Virus record (IMG/VR): IMGVR_UViG_3300049164_000073 | Span: 1-42,591 of that record | Reading direction: 5' to 3' (one strand) | Length of the DNA stretch: 42,591 nucleotides | DNA from: a virus | Taxonomy: Duplodnaviria; Caudoviricetes | Part shown: piece after piece, positions 25,568-33,827 of the stretch | Position numbering within the stretch: the stretch's first letter is position 1 | How the letters are laid out: each line of letters starts with the position of its first letter | Translations under genes and position numbers: made by a program | Notes under the pieces: generated by a model | What the model saw: the letters and a program-made list of their open reading frames with translations, nothing else | The model's database searches: none | What the model was told of the DNA's origin: nothing

Positions 25568-27754
25568 TCACCTCCGCTGCTGCTGGTCGCTGTTGGCCTT
25601 GCGCGCGGTGGCGGCGCCACGCTGCGTACGGCCGGTGGCCTGCTCAATGAACTCGACCTGCGTCAGTCGGCCGTGTTCCGCCCACCATGCTTTCAGTTCG
25701 TCGGACGCGCGCGCGTACGCGATGTGCGCGGGCCCGCTGAACAGCGACTCAGCGTCGACCCTGGCGGTCTGCGCCTGCTTGGTGAGCAGCACGCCGCGGC
25801 AGTCCTCCTCAGCCTGGAGCCACTGCGTGTACACGTACTCGCGGTAGAGCTCGCGTGCCTGCGCGAGGGTGATGCGCTGCTCGGGTTCGTCTCGCTCGCC
25901 GTCGTCGGTGGGCTGCTCGGTGTCGGCGTACCGCCCCCACTGCTCGGGCGGCGGCGCGGGCGCGAGGCTGTCGTCGACCGCGCGCCGGTTGGCGATCAGG
26001 TCGGCGACCGGGTCGCCCGTCTGTACCGGTGGCGGCAGGGTGACGGCGTCACGGCGGTCCATCTCTGCGGCGATGCGCAGGATTTCGGCCGGCTCGGCGT
26101 ACTGCATGCACCACGCGAGTTCGTCGTCTCCGATGCCGGCCAGGTCGTCGGCGAGCCGGCCTCCGGGGAACAGCCGGGCGAGCAGGTCGCGCCGGTGCGC
26201 TTCGGCGGCCAGGTCGGCGAGTAGCGCCGGGTCGGCCCCACGGGAACGGGCGGCGAGCTGGTCGTCCGACAGGCCCACGAGGTCCGGCCGGACGCCGGGA
26301 AGGCCGGCCGCAAGGTCGCGCCGGTCCATCTCCGTCATGATGCGCAGCCGGTCGCCCTCGTCGGTCGTCTGTCCGAAGATCCGGCCCAGTTCGGTGTCGG
26401 AGAACTGGATCAGATCGGCAACCAGCCGGCCGCCGGGGGCGGCGCGGTTCATCAGGGCGGCGAGGTCGCGCCGGTCGGCCTCCTGCATGATCCGGGCGCG
26501 GTCGCGGGCGTCGAGGTTCCCGAACCGCATGGCCGCGGCGAGCTCCGCATCCGACATCTCCCGCGGGGTGCGGTCGTCGCCGGAGCGGATACGGGCGGCC
26601 TGCATGGCCTCGTCGGGGGTTTGCGGCAGGCGCGGCGGCAGGTTCCCGGCGCCGGGCTGCTCGCGGTCGCGGTAGCGGATCAGGTCCGGGTGCGCTGCGA
26701 GGTGCTCGCGCATGGCCTTCTGCCAGTCGCGAACCTTGGCGTTCGCGCGCTTCTGCGCGGCCGGGTCGACGCTGGCGGCGGCCCGGTTCTTGTACTTGCG
26801 GATGGTGCGCTCGATGGCGCGCTGCCGCTGCGAGGCCTCGTACGCGGCGGGGTCGGGCCGGGCGTCGTGAAACGGGGTGATGCCGGGCGTGTACGCGGAC
26901 ACGGAGTGGCGGCAGTTCGGGTGCTGTAGCCCGGCCAGGCGCGCCTCGTCGAGGCTGCCGGACACGGGGACCTGCACCATGACGCCATCTTGGGTCGCGT
27001 GCTCGACCTCGACGGTGCGACGTCCGGGCGGCCCGGCGATGGACAGGATGTGCCGCTCCCACGGACGGCAGAGCGGGCATTCCAGCGGCGCATCCGAGAC
27101 AATCACGAGGTCGTATCCGGCGGACGCGAGCGACCGCATGTGCCCTTCGACCGCCGCGCGGCCCACGCTCGTACGCACGGCCATCTCCGCGTACGAAGCG
27201 AGCTTCCAGCGGCGCCCCGACTGGTCCACGAACGATGTGATGCCCTGGTCGGCCCACTGCTGCATGGCGTCCTGTGTGGCCTGCTGGCGGGTGCGGCCGA
27301 AGGTGACCAGCGCGGTCACGTTGGCGACCGTGGCCCGGAAGCGGTCGACGATGGTGCGGACGATGGAGCGGTGCCGGCCGGTGACGCGCTGGACGGTGTC
27401 TTCGGCGAGCCGGTCGGCATCGGCGGCGTTCGGGGCGTTGCGCCGGACCATGGCCGCCGTCTGCTCGTCGAGGACACCGAGTTCGGCTACGGCGGCCTGG
27501 TGGCCGACGTTCCACGCGTCGGCGATCACGTTGAAAACTTCGAGGGTGACGGCGCGGCCGGTCTCGTCCAACGTGGCCTGGGCCGCGCGGCGCAGGGCTT
27601 GCACGGCGGAGAGCTTGCGCTCGGCCCACTGCGGGGCGTCCAGCCCGTCGGCGAGCGACCGGGCGATGATGCCCAAGAGCCGCTCCTCGGCTGCGGCGTA
27701 CAGGTCCCGCGTGTGCTCGGCGAGGGGTTCGACCATGCCAGGGTTGATCGGCAC
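25568..27754 (-). CDS. Minor capsid protein (MuF-like) with long C-terminal extension
   Basis: FVDQSGRRW..SYAEMAVRT, ECPLCRPWE, GLQHPNCRH, QRQRAIERTIR; follows the portal gene. Confidence 0.88.
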   Translation of the reverse strand: MPINPGMVEPLAEHTRDLYAAAEERLLGIIARSLADGLDAPQWAERKLSAVQALRRAAQATLDETGRAVTLEVFNVIADAWNVGHQAAVAELGVLDEQTAAMVRRNAPNAADADRLAEDTVQRVTGRHRSIVRTIVDRFRATVANVTALVTFGRTRQQATQDAMQQWADQGITSFVDQSGRRWKLASYAEMAVRTSVGRAAVEGHMRSLASAGYDLVIVSDAPLECPLCRPWERHILSIAGPPGRRTVEVEHATQDGVMVQVPVSGSLDEARLAGLQHPNCRHSVSAYTPGITPFHDARPDPAAYEASQRQRAIERTIRKYKNRAAASVDPAAQKRANAKVRDWQKAMREHLAAHPDLIRYRDREQPGAGNLPPRLPQTPDEAMQAARIRSGDDRTPREMSDAELAAAMRFGNLDARDRARIMQEADRRDLAALMNRAAPGGRLVADLIQFSDTELGRIFGQTTDEGDRLRIMTEMDRRDLAAGLPGVRPDLVGLSDDQLAARSRGADPALLADLAAEAHRRDLLARLFPGGRLADDLAGIGDDELAWCMQYAEPAEILRIAAEMDRRDAVTLPPPVQTGDPVADLIANRRAVDDSLAPAPPPEQWGRYADTEQPTDDGERDEPEQRITLAQARELYREYVYTQWLQAEEDCRGVLLTKQAQTARVDAESLFSGPAHIAYARASDELKAWWAEHGRLTQVEFIEQATGRTQRGAATARKANSDQQQRR

Positions 27755-27778
27755 AGTGTCACCCCCTCACGTCGTCGG

Positions 27779-29317
27779 CTACCGGGGGAACGGTGCAGCC
27801 GGGTCGGGTGCGGCCTCGCCGCGGGTGCTCACGATCGCGGCCACCTCGGCGGCAACCTGGTCGTCGTCCCAATCCGGATGGATCATGCGGACCTTGACCT
27901 CATCCGAGGCCGCCTCGGCCCGGTGCAAGAGTTCGACCGTGGTCGCGAGCTCGGTCGGCGAGTCGCTGATCGAGTCCTGGAACTCAACCTTCGGCGGGGT
28001 CAGGTCCAAACCGACGACGCCGAACCGGAAGCCGGCCTCGACAGCGAGCAGCGCGGCCGTGATGTCCGCGACCGCAGGACCCCAGTACAGGGCCTTACGG
28101 GCGCGGGTGGTCATGCTGCGCCGCTCACGGGCTCGGATCTCCGTAGCGGTCACCGCCGAACCGTCGCCGGACTCCCCGAACGTGCTCGCGGAGTAGCCGG
28201 CCTGCCGTACGGCCTGTTCGGTCAGTGCCCGGCAGGTGTCGGCGTGCTCCTGTACCCGGATCTCGAACTGGACGACCTCGATCAGTTCGGCCCGGTCCAT
28301 GCGCGGCATGACGTTCAGGCCGGTGAAGATGCGGCGTTCCTCGTTGAACGCTGCGCCGTTGCCTGGTCCGAGGCTTTCGAGGGCGGACTGGGCGAGGATG
28401 ACGCGGCCCTTGCCGTTCTGTACGTCCCGCATCCACGACGAATACGTCTCGTCGAGGGCGTCCATCAGACCTTCGATGCCCTGGTAGTCGGACTGTCCCC
28501 AGCGTGCGGCGGTGGGGATGTGGCGCCAGGCGCGGGCGGGGCGGACGTTGGGCACGTAGGCGGCGGTCAGGTGGTCGGGGGCCCCGGTGTCGAGGCCGCC
28601 CTCGCTGTCGACTTCGGCGGCGAGTGGTGCGGTGGCCGGGTGGTCGAGCAGGGGAACGGCCATGCCAAGGTGCGTCTGGCTGCCTTCGTACAGGCCGTGG
28701 TAGATCCGGCCGCGCTCGTGACGCTCCAGGTGCCGGAAGACGCGCCGGTCGGCGGGGTCGGTGTTCTCCAGCACGGTCCAGAACGTGACGGCCCACAGGC
28801 GGTTGTACCGGAACTCGGGCACGGCCCGGTCTGCGGCCACGCTGTCGACCCAAGGCCGGTCGGACACCTCGTCGTCCCACACCACGCGCAGGTAGGCGCC
28901 ACCGAGCGCGGCGCACACCTCCCCGGCTTCGAGGAGCGACGGGTGCAGGCCACCGGAGACGAGTTCGTCGAGCCGCGCCTGTGTGGTCTTGCTGTCGCTG
29001 GTCATGGTGGGCGGTTCGGAGAACAGCAGCTCGGCACTGGTGCGGGCGATGTCCCCCGCCAAGGGCACATGCAGTTTGGAGCGCTTCTCGCCGGCCGGGG
29101 TGGGGTTGCCCCAGAACCAGCGGGCGAGCGCGCCGCGGACGCCGCCCGCGTACTGTGCCGGCCGGTTGGCCTGCTGGTCCGGCCGGTTGCCGTAGCGGGC
29201 TTCGAGCCGGTCTGGGTCGGCAGACCACCAGGCGTCCCAGTCGGCGAGCGTGGACTGTACGGCGGGGTCGATCGGCGGCCACACGGTGTCGCTGGTGGGG
29301 AGGGGCACGGGGCGCAC
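27779..29317 (-). CDS. Portal protein
   Basis: 512 aa after TerL; LHVPLAGDIARTSAELLFSEPP, GQSDY, QFEIRV, TATEI motifs. Confidence 0.9.
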   Translation of the reverse strand: MRPVPLPTSDTVWPPIDPAVQSTLADWDAWWSADPDRLEARYGNRPDQQANRPAQYAGGVRGALARWFWGNPTPAGEKRSKLHVPLAGDIARTSAELLFSEPPTMTSDSKTTQARLDELVSGGLHPSLLEAGEVCAALGGAYLRVVWDDEVSDRPWVDSVAADRAVPEFRYNRLWAVTFWTVLENTDPADRRVFRHLERHERGRIYHGLYEGSQTHLGMAVPLLDHPATAPLAAEVDSEGGLDTGAPDHLTAAYVPNVRPARAWRHIPTAARWGQSDYQGIEGLMDALDETYSSWMRDVQNGKGRVILAQSALESLGPGNGAAFNEERRIFTGLNVMPRMDRAELIEVVQFEIRVQEHADTCRALTEQAVRQAGYSASTFGESGDGSAVTATEIRARERRSMTTRARKALYWGPAVADITAALLAVEAGFRFGVVGLDLTPPKVEFQDSISDSPTELATTVELLHRAEAASDEVKVRMIHPDWDDDQVAAEVAAIVSTRGEAAPDPAAPFPR

Positions 29318-29329
29318 CTCCTCACAGGG

Positions 29330-30574
29330 TCATGCGGCCAGGGTCAGGCCGATCGGAACGTGCGGACGCCACAGGGCCTCCGTCGTGCGCACCGCGTAGC
29401 GCAGTGCGTCAAGGGAGTGGTCGGCGAACTTGACGGGCTTGTCTTCGCCCTTCTCGGCGGCCTTGTCGTCCCACACGTAGGCGGGGAACTCCTCGATCAG
29501 GCCGCGGCAGGATTCGTGGATGAGTAGGCGGCCGGCGGCGAGCAGGCTGGCCACGGTGGCGATGCCGTCGCGGACGCTGTTGTCGGCGCCCGCCGGGGTG
29601 ACGCCGTCGCGGTGCAGTTGCTCGATGAATCCGGCGGCGGATGGGTCGACGACGACCCATTCCGGGCGGATGCCGAGGCGGGCGAGCCAGGCGCGGACCT
29701 CTGTTGAGTACTCGGCATCGGTCATCTGGCGTTGGGCCTTGGCGGAGTCGTGCCGCCACTCGCTCGCGGCGTACAGCCGGCCGTCGGTGCCGAGTCCGAG
29801 GAGCACGGCGGAAAACGGGTTCTTCGTGCCGTGGTCGATGCCGACGGCGAACCATCGAGTGATCGGCGGCAGTTCGGAGACGACGTGCCGTGTCTCGTCC
29901 CACATGTCGTAGATGGCGCCCTCTGCCTGTACCCACAGCCCGAGGACGTTCCGCTTGTAGAACAGGCCGGTGTAGCTGGCCTTGGTGCGGGCCTTGTACG
30001 CGTCGGACAGGCCGGGGTTGTCGTCCATGACGAAGTGCCATGACCGGAGCCGGGTTTCGCGGGGGCGTTGCAGGTAGTCCTTACGGGCCCAGTGCTGCGG
30101 GTTGTCCGGGTTGGTGGTCCCGAAGATCTTCGACCCTTCGACCGAACAGCGGGCGTTCAACTGGTCGTAGAACGACTTCGGCAGGGTGGTGATTTCGTCG
30201 CAGTACGCGCCCGCGCAGGTGAGTCCGCGCACCTTCGGTTCGGCCTGGGCGTCGTTCGCGCCGAGGGCGTGCACGGTGCGCCCGAGGACGTTCGCCGTCG
30301 GGGCCCCGCTGGTGTAGTGGATGTCCTGGGCGAGCGCGCCGAAGATGTTCGGGTCAGTGAGCGGGCCGAACACGTTCCGGGCGAGGCTGTCACGGGTGCG
30401 GCCGACCATGACCAACTCGCCGCCGTCGGGCCGGTTGGCCACGAAGTCGAGCCAGCGCAGTAGCGACGCGATCGTCTTGCCCGACCGGACCGAGCCTTCC
30501 CAGATGTTCTGGAAGGCGCGGGCCTCCATGATGCTGTCGATCTGCTTGGTGGAGAGGGCGAGCTTAGTTTCCAT
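29330..30574 (-). CDS. terL: Terminase large subunit
   Basis: Walker A EGSVRSGKT, Walker B AYCDE, TTNP, nuclease GIDHG...DHSLDALRY. Confidence 0.95.
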   Translation of the reverse strand: METKLALSTKQIDSIMEARAFQNIWEGSVRSGKTIASLLRWLDFVANRPDGGELVMVGRTRDSLARNVFGPLTDPNIFGALAQDIHYTSGAPTANVLGRTVHALGANDAQAEPKVRGLTCAGAYCDEITTLPKSFYDQLNARCSVEGSKIFGTTNPDNPQHWARKDYLQRPRETRLRSWHFVMDDNPGLSDAYKARTKASYTGLFYKRNVLGLWVQAEGAIYDMWDETRHVVSELPPITRWFAVGIDHGTKNPFSAVLLGLGTDGRLYAASEWRHDSAKAQRQMTDAEYSTEVRAWLARLGIRPEWVVVDPSAAGFIEQLHRDGVTPAGADNSVRDGIATVASLLAAGRLLIHESCRGLIEEFPAYVWDDKAAEKGEDKPVKFADHSLDALRYAVRTTEALWRPHVPIGLTLAA

Positions 30575-31118
30575 CGGGCTCGCCCTCGCCCTCCTCGTAC
30601 ACGGGCTCTGCCGGTGGCGTGCCGTGCCGCTCGACGTAGTTCCGGGCGAGGCCGGCCATGAGCTCACCGAGCACGGAGTGCGACTCCTTGGCGGGGTCGT
30701 TGCGCGGCGGTACGAGCTTCAGGGAGCGGTCGAGCGCCGCGCTGGCGGTCGCCATCATGGTCCGCCGGTCGGCCGGCGTCGGCTCGGGCTGCCACTTCTC
30801 GTCGTAGTCGTGGTCCTTGCCGCCCCACTCGAAGTACAGGTGGGGTTGCGTCATCTTGCTGATCTCGCGTTCGGCGACGTCTTGCAGGGTGTCGGCCATG
30901 GCGGTGCGGCGTGCGTCGAGGTCGGCTTTGCGTACGGCGGTGGCGGCGGCGACTTCGGCGGCACGGTCGAACGAGAGGCCCTGCTCGTGCGCGAGCTTGC
31001 TCACGGTCGAGGGGCTGCGCTTGAGCTCGCGGGCGATGTCGTTACGGGACTTGCCTTCGGCGTGCAGGCGGCGCACGGCTGCGCGGTCTTTGTCTGTGAT
31101 GGGTCGCGGCTTGGCCAT
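30564..31118 (-). CDS. terS: Terminase small subunit (HTH)
   Basis: N-terminal HTH GKSRNDIARELKRSPSTVSK; overlaps the terL start. Confidence 0.75.
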   Translation of the reverse strand: MAKPRPITDKDRAAVRRLHAEGKSRNDIARELKRSPSTVSKLAHEQGLSFDRAAEVAAATAVRKADLDARRTAMADTLQDVAEREISKMTQPHLYFEWGGKDHDYDEKWQPEPTPADRRTMMATASAALDRSLKLVPPRNDPAKESHSVLGELMAGLARNYVERHGTPPAEPVYEEGEGEPDGN

Positions 31119-31157
31119 GGGCTCACCTCCTGCACGCCTCAGGCGGTCTGTCGCCTG

Positions 31158-31370
31158 CTACTGCTGGCGGGCGAGTGCCGCGTTCGCCCAGAACATCGCC
31201 TCTTCGAGGGCGGTCAGGGCGAGCGACTTTTCGCGGCCGTCGGGGCAGGTCTCGTTGATGTGGTCGGCGGCGCGGCGGCATGTCTGCCGTACGGACGTGT
31301 GGGCGTCGCGCTTCTCGTCGGTGGTGGCTGCGTGGAACGCGAACCGGTGCTCGATGTCCTCGGGCGACAT
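31158..31370 (-). CDS. Acb2/Tad1-like helical hairpin protein (candidate cyclic-nucleotide sponge)
   Basis: IEHRFAFH...CPDGREKSLALTALEEAMFWANAALAR motif, recognised from memory of the family. Confidence 0.7.
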   Translation of the reverse strand: MSPEDIEHRFAFHAATTDEKRDAHTSVRQTCRRAADHINETCPDGREKSLALTALEEAMFWANAALARQQ

Positions 31371-31406
31371 GGCCGGGGGCCTTCCGTCGGGGGTCTGGGC
31401 ATGCAG

Positions 31407-31440
31407 AAACGCCCCGCGACGTGGTGTCTGCGGGGCGTTC
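31407..31440. terminator. Stem-loop
   Basis: AACGCCCCGC...GCGGGGCGTT inverted repeat. Confidence 0.5.
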
Positions 31441-31523
31441 GTGGCGGCCGTTTCCGGGCACGCCGGGGCCGCTCCCCATGATGCGGGATCTTCCGCGCGT
31501 GCGCAACTACGGGTGTAGTGCGG

Positions 31524-31838
31524 TCACTGCTGGCCCCACGACGTGTGCGGCGGGCGCTGCTGCGGCGGCTGCGGGGGCTGGTTGTACGGGCCCGGCTGCG
31601 GCGCTCCGTACGGTCCGGGCGGCGGCCCGTACTGCTGCGGCGGGTAGGGCTGCGCCGGCGGCTGCGGGTACGCCTGCGGTGGTGGCGGGGCGACCGGCAC
31701 CCGCGTCACGGTCTTCCGCCCCATCGCGGTCGCGATCGGCCATCCCGTGATCGCCCAAATGCCGCACGTGATGAGCGACAGGAACACGTGAAGCCCGTGG
31801 TTCGCCCCACGGCGCTCGACGATGCGCTGACTGGCCAT
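31524..31838 (-). CDS. Membrane protein with Pro/Gln/Tyr-rich tail
   Basis: ANHGLHVFLSLITCGIW hydrophobic motif, then PQPPAQPYPPQQYG repeats; GAGGGG RBS. Confidence 0.75.
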   Translation of the reverse strand: MASQRIVERRGANHGLHVFLSLITCGIWAITGWPIATAMGRKTVTRVPVAPPPPQAYPQPPAQPYPPQQYGPPPGPYGAPQPGPYNQPPQPPQQRPPHTSWGQQ

Positions 31839-31908
31839 GTGGCCCCCCTCTACTGGTGTCCCCGCATCGTGGCACGCCGGGCCGGTGTGGCGGGAGGGGA
31901 ACGCGCGA

Positions 31909-31938
31909 ACGCCCGCCCTCTCGCGAAGGGCGGGCGTC
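31909..31938. terminator. Stem-loop downstream of the HTH gene
   Basis: ACGCCCGCCCT...AGGGCGGGCGT inverted repeat. Confidence 0.5.
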
Positions 31939-32037
31939 ATGCGCGGCGGGATCACCCGCGGCACGCTAGTGGGCCGATCGGACGCTCACTGAGCGCTGCA
32001 CCACCGAGACCAGCGTAGCGCGGGCGTCGGACATGCG

Positions 32038-32472
32038 TCATGCGCGGGCGCGACCCTCGCCCCGTCCGGTCGTGCGCTGCTCTTGCTCGTCGGCGAGGCG
32101 TTGGGCGTTGGCGAGGATGGTGGTGCGGCGTGCGTCGGCGGCGGTGCGGAGCATGGTGCGGAGTGGTGCGGGGAGGGCTCCGGTGTGTGGGTCGCGGAGG
32201 ATGTTCAGGTCTTGGATCAGGTCGGGTTCGAGGTCGCGGAGTAGCCAGGGTGTGCGGGGGGTTTCGCTGGTGGCGGGGGTGGTGCGCTCCGCTGGTGTGG
32301 GTGTGGTGGGTTCTGGTGCGGTGGTGGTGCGGAGGATGCGGCCGACGGTGGTGTGGTGCATGCCGAGTTCGCGGGCGATGGCGCGGTTGGACATGCCGGT
32401 GGCGGCGAGGTGGTGCACGCGGGTGGTGCGTTCGGTGTGGCTGGTGGTGCGGCTAGGCTTGGTGGTGGCCAT
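32038..32472 (-). CDS. HTH DNA-binding protein
   Basis: GMSNRAIARELGMHHTTVGRIL. Confidence 0.8.
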   Translation of the reverse strand: MATTKPSRTTSHTERTTRVHHLAATGMSNRAIARELGMHHTTVGRILRTTTAPEPTTPTPAERTTPATSETPRTPWLLRDLEPDLIQDLNILRDPHTGALPAPLRTMLRTAADARRTTILANAQRLADEQEQRTTGRGEGRARA

Positions 32473-32547
32473 GGCGGGGGTTGCTCCCGTGGTGGTTAGG
32501 GCCCGGTGGACGTGTGGAGACGTCGCCGGGCCCGCGGTGTGTGTGGG

Positions 32548-32994
32548 TCAGTCGGTGGCGGGCAGCCATTCGCGGACTGTGCCGTTGGTGTCGCGTCCTC
32601 GATGCTCGCGGGTGCTGTGGCCGTGGCTCATCTCGCAGCGCGCGGACCACTTGAAGTCAGAGTCGGGGTGGTAGGTCATGCATCGAGTGTCCGGATCGCC
32701 GTCGTCTCCTGCTGCCTGGGCGCGCTGCTGGCGGAGGATGCGGGCGACGTAGCCGGATGCGTGGCTGATCCGCAGCCGTTCGGAGATTTCGCGCGGGTCC
32801 ATGCCCTGATCGGCGGCGGCGCGGATCAGGTCGGGCACTTCGGCTTCGATGTCTTTCCACTGGGCGCGGATGTGGCCGGTGTGGTCGAGGCGGTCGGCGA
32901 GAGTCATGTCTCGGGCGCGTTCGGCGGCGCGCTCGCGCTCGTACTGCTCGATCAGGGCGAGGATCTGCTCTTGGAGGGTGGGGCGCTGCATCAC
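32548..32994 (-). CDS. Protein with central HTH (Aca-like candidate)
   Basis: IRAAADQGMDPREISERLRISHASGYVARIL; C-terminal Cys/His cluster. Confidence 0.7.
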   Translation of the reverse strand: MMQRPTLQEQILALIEQYERERAAERARDMTLADRLDHTGHIRAQWKDIEAEVPDLIRAAADQGMDPREISERLRISHASGYVARILRQQRAQAAGDDGDPDTRCMTYHPDSDFKWSARCEMSHGHSTREHRGRDTNGTVREWLPATD

Positions 32995-33048
32995 GTCGGC
33001 TCCGGTAGGGGTCGGGCCCGGCCGGGCGGGCCGGCCGGGCGGGGTGGG

Positions 33049-33525
33049 TCAGGTGAAGAGGGCGCCCTGTTCGCGGTCGGGCGTGAGCTGGAACAGGGTG
33101 TCGTCGGGCTGGGCGCCGATCCAGTCGGAGCGCCACGTCTGCGCGGCGCCGTCGGTGGCGGTGGTGTCCTCGCGGTGCTGCTCGGCAACGGCGGCAGCCT
33201 CGGCGCGGTCGCGCTGCTTGGCGGCGATGCAGCGGGTGCACAGCTTCCAGCCGGTGACGGTGGCGAAGATGCCGTTGCGGGCGCCGGCGGGGCGTCCGCA
33301 GTAGAGCTGGGTGGTGCCGGGGCGGCGGTAGTGGCCGGTGGTCTTGAGAGCGGAGCCGCGGACGGCGTAGGTGTCCTGGTCGGCGGTGTCGCGCAGGTTG
33401 AGGTGGTCGGCGAGCTGCTGCGCGCCGACGGTGGCCATGCCGGTGCGGACTGCACCGGTGAGGGTGTCGAGGACGTACGCGCCCATGACGCGCTGCGGAC
33501 GGGTGATGTAGCGGGTGGTGGCCAT
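33049..33525 (-). CDS. Hypothetical protein (158 aa), first gene of an operator-controlled operon
   Basis: MATTRYITRP... after GGGAG; H...LYCG...LCTRC possible zinc ligands. Confidence 0.75.
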   Translation of the reverse strand: MATTRYITRPQRVMGAYVLDTLTGAVRTGMATVGAQQLADHLNLRDTADQDTYAVRGSALKTTGHYRRPGTTQLYCGRPAGARNGIFATVTGWKLCTRCIAAKQRDRAEAAAVAEQHREDTTATDGAAQTWRSDWIGAQPDDTLFQLTPDREQGALFT

Positions 33526-33575
33526 GGGGGTTGCTCCCTTGGGTCGGGCCGGGTGGAGCCGGCGTCGTGATGGTG

Positions 33576-33605
33576 ACTGTACTCGGTACTGTACTGAGTA
33601 CGCAA
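33576..33605 (-). promoter_or_regulatory. Promoter with palindromic operator
   Basis: TTGCGT-N18-TACAGT on the minus strand, overlapped by GTACTCGGTAC-T-GTACTGAGTAC (33579-33601, 10/11 inverted repeat). Confidence 0.7.
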
Positions 33606-33622
33606 GAGGTGTGAGGGAACGC

Positions 33623-33649
33623 AAAAACCCCCGCACGGTGGCGGGGGTT
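33623..33649 (-). terminator. Intrinsic terminator closing the repeat RNA
   Basis: AACCCCCGC-CACCGT-GCGGGGGTTTTT hairpin with T tract. Confidence 0.7.
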
Positions 33650-33804
33650 CATCCCCGCAGCAGCGGGGAGCAAGGTCGTACACCCCTGAGACTCGGGGCA
33701 TCCCCGCACAGGCGGGGAAACCTCCGCTCGCGCGGAGAAAGGGACTCATCAGCCGTCACCGGCCGCAAAAACCCTCGGAACACCCCCGCGGTGGCGGGGA
33801 GCAA
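33645..33804 (-). CRISPR. Cas-less degenerate mini-array of four type I-E-like repeats
   Basis: 29-nt units: TTGCTCCCCGCCACCGCGGGGGTGTTCCG (33804-33776), CCTTTCTCCGCGCGAGCGGAGGTTTCCCC (33742-33714), GGTTTCCCCGCCTGTGCGGGGATGCCCCG (33722-33694), TTGCTCCCCGCTGCTGCGGGGATGAACCC (33673-33645). They align to the I-E pattern GTGTTCCCCGC-N4-GCGGGGATAAACCG; spacers are 33 and 20 nt. Confidence 0.8.
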
Positions 33805-33827
33805 GCCCCGTTGCCGGGGCGATGCCC

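Noticed and set aside
26990-29527. 845-aa plus-strand ORF and similar long antisense ORFs (17558-19387, 14483-16039, 23375-25066, 33515-35200)
   Set aside because: They are shadows of clear minus-strand genes; long stop-free frames are expected at this GC content and they show no motifs.
33645-33804. A complete, canonical CRISPR-Cas locus
   Set aside because: No cas genes or AT-rich leader, and the repeats are non-identical and irregularly spaced; kept only as a Cas-less repeat RNA.
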